From: an uncultured Oscillospiraceae bacterium
GTDB taxonomy: Bacteria; Bacillota; Clostridia; Oscillospirales; Oscillospiraceae
Length of the DNA stretch: 64,000 bases
Assembly: GCA_934565615.1 (NCBI GenBank)
Contig: CAKTIH010000001.1
Location: 834 to 64,833 of the forward strand
Direction: 5' to 3'
A program made the translations under genes and the position numbers. The notes below the pieces were generated by a model, which did not search any database, was not told where the DNA came from, and saw only the letters and a list, made by a program, of their open reading frames with translations. How positions within the stretch are numbered: the stretch's first letter is position 1; every line of letters begins with the position of its first letter. Positions 61,572 to 64,000 of this stretch are shown here, in pieces.

Positions 61572-64000
61572 ATGTTGAAACGAAATCATTTGAAGCTTCT
61601 GTCCTGCGTGCTGGTGCTGGCAATGACGCTGAGCGCTTTATCTGGCGCTGCCGCGTTTGCCGAAGAGAGTGCGCAGAGCCGCACGGAGACCGGCGACGGG
61701 ACCCCGGAGTCCCCAAGGCTCACCGCCGACTCCACCGCCGTCACGGACCCCGTCACCGGTGAGACGACGATAACCGTCAGCTTCGACAAGGAATGGTCCG
61801 ACGAGGGCATAAGCGGCGAGGAGCACGGGAAAACTTCGGAAACGCGCAATGAGGCTGGGAACCGCACAAACGCCGAGGGCGAAGCCGAGGGGCGCGAGAC
61901 GACGGTCAAGGGCAGTGCAGACGGCGGAACAGCAGAGGTAAAGACCGATAACGGTTCGGGCAAAGCCAGTGAGGGCACGCCCGATATCAAGACGGAGATC
62001 CCGGATGTGACGGTCGATCTCAAGCCGGACGGCAGCGCAGAGAGCAGCGAAACTGCCGACGCGTGGCTCGACGAGGACACTATCGACGTCCCCGACTGGG
62101 TCAGGTCGGACGACACTTGGATAAGCGAGGACAGCACCAGCGAGGATAACGGCGTTATAACCAAGGTGCAGGTCAGCGTCGACGCACAGACCAACACCAC
62201 TACATACACGCGCACGGTCTACGGCACGGACGGGCAGCAGACGACCGAGACCGTCGCCTACACACGGGACAAGGAAGGCCGCATCACAGGCTGCAGCACG
62301 CTGAAAACCACGACGACTTCTGCAACGACGGAGGATTCCACGCCGCCGGAAAACGCGGAGATAAACCCTGACGGCGGCTGGACCAGCCTCGACTACGAGC
62401 CGCCCGAAAAGCCTGCTCCGGCAAACGCGCCGGTATACGACGCGGATGGGAAGATACTCAGCGGTGATGTTGTTTCTGAAATATATGACGGCGAAGGAAA
62501 GCTGACGGGCTATACCGTTATCACCTTTGAAAACGGCAAGCCCGTTGGCTGCAGCGACCCGGTATTCGGACAATACGTGGCCACGACGACGAAGGTCGAG
62601 ACCCTGCCGAACGGGAAGCAGCTCATAACAAAGAGCAGGACGAAGGTCATAAGCGCCGAGAGCCGCGGCAGCTCATGCAGCGTCTCTGGCGGCGAGAGAA
62701 GGCTGTCGGCTTGGATGGGAAAGATCACGGGCAGCACCGATATAGACTACTCAAAAACCTTCCGGACCTTTTTCCCATCGCTCCGCAACGACGGCAGCGG
62801 CACTACGGACACTGAGCGCGACCTCTACAACCGGCACTACGAGCTGACGGACTATGACAGCAACGCAGAGTTTTTCCAGTGGCTCGGCGAATACGGAATA
62901 GAGAGCGCGTTCCGCGTCAAGGCAGGCGGTGCCAGCACATGGCAGCCGCACCAGTTCGTGCTTCAGGGCGCGGACGGCTCGAAGTACTACGTCTACTGCG
63001 CGGACTTCGACGTCAGCCCCCGCAAGGGCGCGCAGTACAACATGGAGCGGCTTGAGGACGCGAACTATTACGCGAACAACGAGGACGGCGAGGCCGCCGA
63101 CAGGATATGCGCGATCGTGCTCAACGGGTACTGGGGCGTGGAGAACTCCAGCGTCGATCCCGATACCCCGACTCCGGGCAGCCTTGACGCGTTCAAAAAA
63201 ATGCTCATTGACGCGGGGCAGCTCACAAAGGAGCAGGCAGCACAGCTCAGCGACGGGATGGCGCTCACGGCAACGCAGGCGGCAATATGGTACTTCGGCA
63301 ACAGCGGCAGCACAGCGCTGGACGTCAGCGACATCGTCGGGCGCTATTGCAGCGGCAGCAAGTTCGACGAGGTAAGCTCCGCCGACAAGGCGCTCATAAA
63401 CGGGATATACCGCTACCTAATCGGCATGCCGGGGCAGGAGGCCGACATAAACAACACCCTTCTCACGAAGGACGACTTCGCGAAGGACATGAGCCTCACA
63501 GTCGGCGAGCGAAACGAGGCGGGGCAGTATGAGACGGACATAACCATAAGCATGGCGGTCATCCCCGACAGCACCTCAAGCGACCTCATAGTGACGGTAT
63601 TCGCAAACGGCGTGGCCGCGGGCTCCTACCGTCTGTGTGGTGACAGCAGCAGAGACAGCGAGAACGGGATACGTGCCGTCACCTCGAACCCTGACGGCTC
63701 ATACACGCTATCCGGGCTGCTGCTATCCTCAAACACGACGGTGACGCTGAACCTGAACGGTACGCAGAACATTGAAAACGGCGTGTACCTGTTCACCTGC
63801 GTGAAGAACAATCAGTCCTCCCAGACCTTCATCGGCGCGGGCTCGGCGCAGCAGGATGTGGATCTGAGCGTCGACTTCTCCTTCAACGTCGACGACCCAA
63901 CCGTGACGCTTTCTTCCTCGTCCTCTGAGAGCGAGAGCAGCGAGACTCTCTGGACCGGGAAATACTACACTGTCACCTTCCCCGGCGGCGGTGACGGCGG
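61572..64000 (+). CDS. cell-surface protein with a Cys-Gln thioester (TQXA) domain; 3' end lies outside the window
   Basis: Not in the ORF track because there is no stop in the window. ATG 61572 follows GGGAGGG. Signal peptide MLKRNHLKLLSCVLVLAMTLSALSGAAAFA. My translation gives YYVYCADFD (Cys codon 62997-62999) and LTATQAAIWYF (Gln codon 63276-63278). Confidence 0.8.
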   Translation, partial: MLKRNHLKLLSCVLVLAMTLSALSGAAAFAEESAQSRTETGDGTPESPRLTADSTAVTDPVTGETTITVSFDKEWSDEGISGEEHGKTSETRNEAGNRTNAEGEAEGRETTVKGSADGGTAEVKTDNGSGKASEGTPDIKTEIPDVTVDLKPDGSAESSETADAWLDEDTIDVPDWVRSDDTWISEDSTSEDNGVITKVQVSVDAQTNTTTYTRTVYGTDGQQTTETVAYTRDKEGRITGCSTLKTTTTSATTEDSTPPENAEINPDGGWTSLDYEPPEKPAPANAPVYDADGKILSGDVVSEIYDGEGKLTGYTVITFENGKPVGCSDPVFGQYVATTTKVETLPNGKQLITKSRTKVISAESRGSSCSVSGGERRLSAWMGKITGSTDIDYSKTFRTFFPSLRNDGSGTTDTERDLYNRHYELTDYDSNAEFFQWLGEYGIESAFRVKAGGASTWQPHQFVLQGADGSKYYVYCADFDVSPRKGAQYNMERLEDANYYANNEDGEAADRICAIVLNGYWGVENSSVDPDTPTPGSLDAFKKMLIDAGQLTKEQAAQLSDGMALTATQAAIWYFGNSGSTALDVSDIVGRYCSGSKFDEVSSADKALINGIYRYLIGMPGQEADINNTLLTKDDFAKDMSLTVGERNEAGQYETDITISMAVIPDSTSSDLIVTVFANGVAAGSYRLCGDSSRDSENGIRAVTSNPDGSYTLSGLLLSSNTTVTLNLNGTQNIENGVYLFTCVKNNQSSQTFIGAGSAQQDVDLSVDFSFNVDDPTVTLSSSSSESESSETLWTGKYYTVTFPGGGDG

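Noticed and set aside
1-64000. Search for CRISPR arrays, tRNA/rRNA genes, transposases/integrases and recognisable defence or toxin-antitoxin modules
   Set aside because: I could see no regularly spaced direct repeats, no cloverleaf-compatible intergenic segments, and no recombinase, nuclease or ATPase gene pairs. Intergenic regions are short and are explained by promoters, terminators and the R1/R2 repeats. This was a scan by eye, so small RNA genes could have been missed.

Overview
High-GC (about 60%+) Firmicutes/Clostridia-type chromosomal segment, probably a spore-forming Oscillospiraceae/Ruminococcaceae-like organism. It is almost entirely core housekeeping DNA. Left to right: a partial flavin oxidoreductase; a one-gene AT-rich islet; a larB-larE-larC-fprA operon (nickel-pincer cofactor synthesis plus a flavodiiron protein); a secreted CHAP amidase with a Cys/His repeat module; a DMT transporter; a BmrR-like MerR regulator with a textbook MerR operator in front of a DapB-like oxidoreductase; UDP-glucuronate epimerase and UDP-glucose dehydrogenase. 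Next comes a complete but unusually composed dcw cluster on the minus strand (mraZ-rsmH-ftsL-pbp-murE-mraY-ftsW-murG-murA-ftsQ-ftsZ). It is followed by coaD/rsmD/uvrC, ptsH, mutS2, and the recO-yqzL-era-ybeY-phoH-yqfD-yqfC sporulation/ribosome block, then ylbJ and bofA. The right part holds a divergent type IIA topoisomerase B/A pair split by a small zinc-ribbon membrane gene, yitT, a transglutaminase-like lipoprotein, a phosphosugar mutase, a split chromate transporter, and a tightly packed six-gene envelope operon (two GT-C-like membrane proteins, a lipoprotein, an M19 dipeptidase, a DegT-like PLP protein and a YbaK/ProX-like deacylase). It ends with a methyltransferase, rsmI, hpf and the 5' part of a thioester-domain (TQXA) surface adhesin. 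I found no rRNA, tRNA, CRISPR array, transposase or obvious defence system. The least explained signals are two intergenic repeat families whose copies differ by base-pair-preserving changes. R1 is about 159 nt, with two full copies and one 44-nt derivative. R2 is about 77-81 nt, with two copies. One R1 copy sits inside the dcw operon; another sits exactly at the predicted transcription start of the envelope operon. All product calls rest on motif recognition and synteny by eye; no database search was possible. Many ORF-track N-termini are over-extended through TTG/GTG codons, and I re-set those starts using RBS position.
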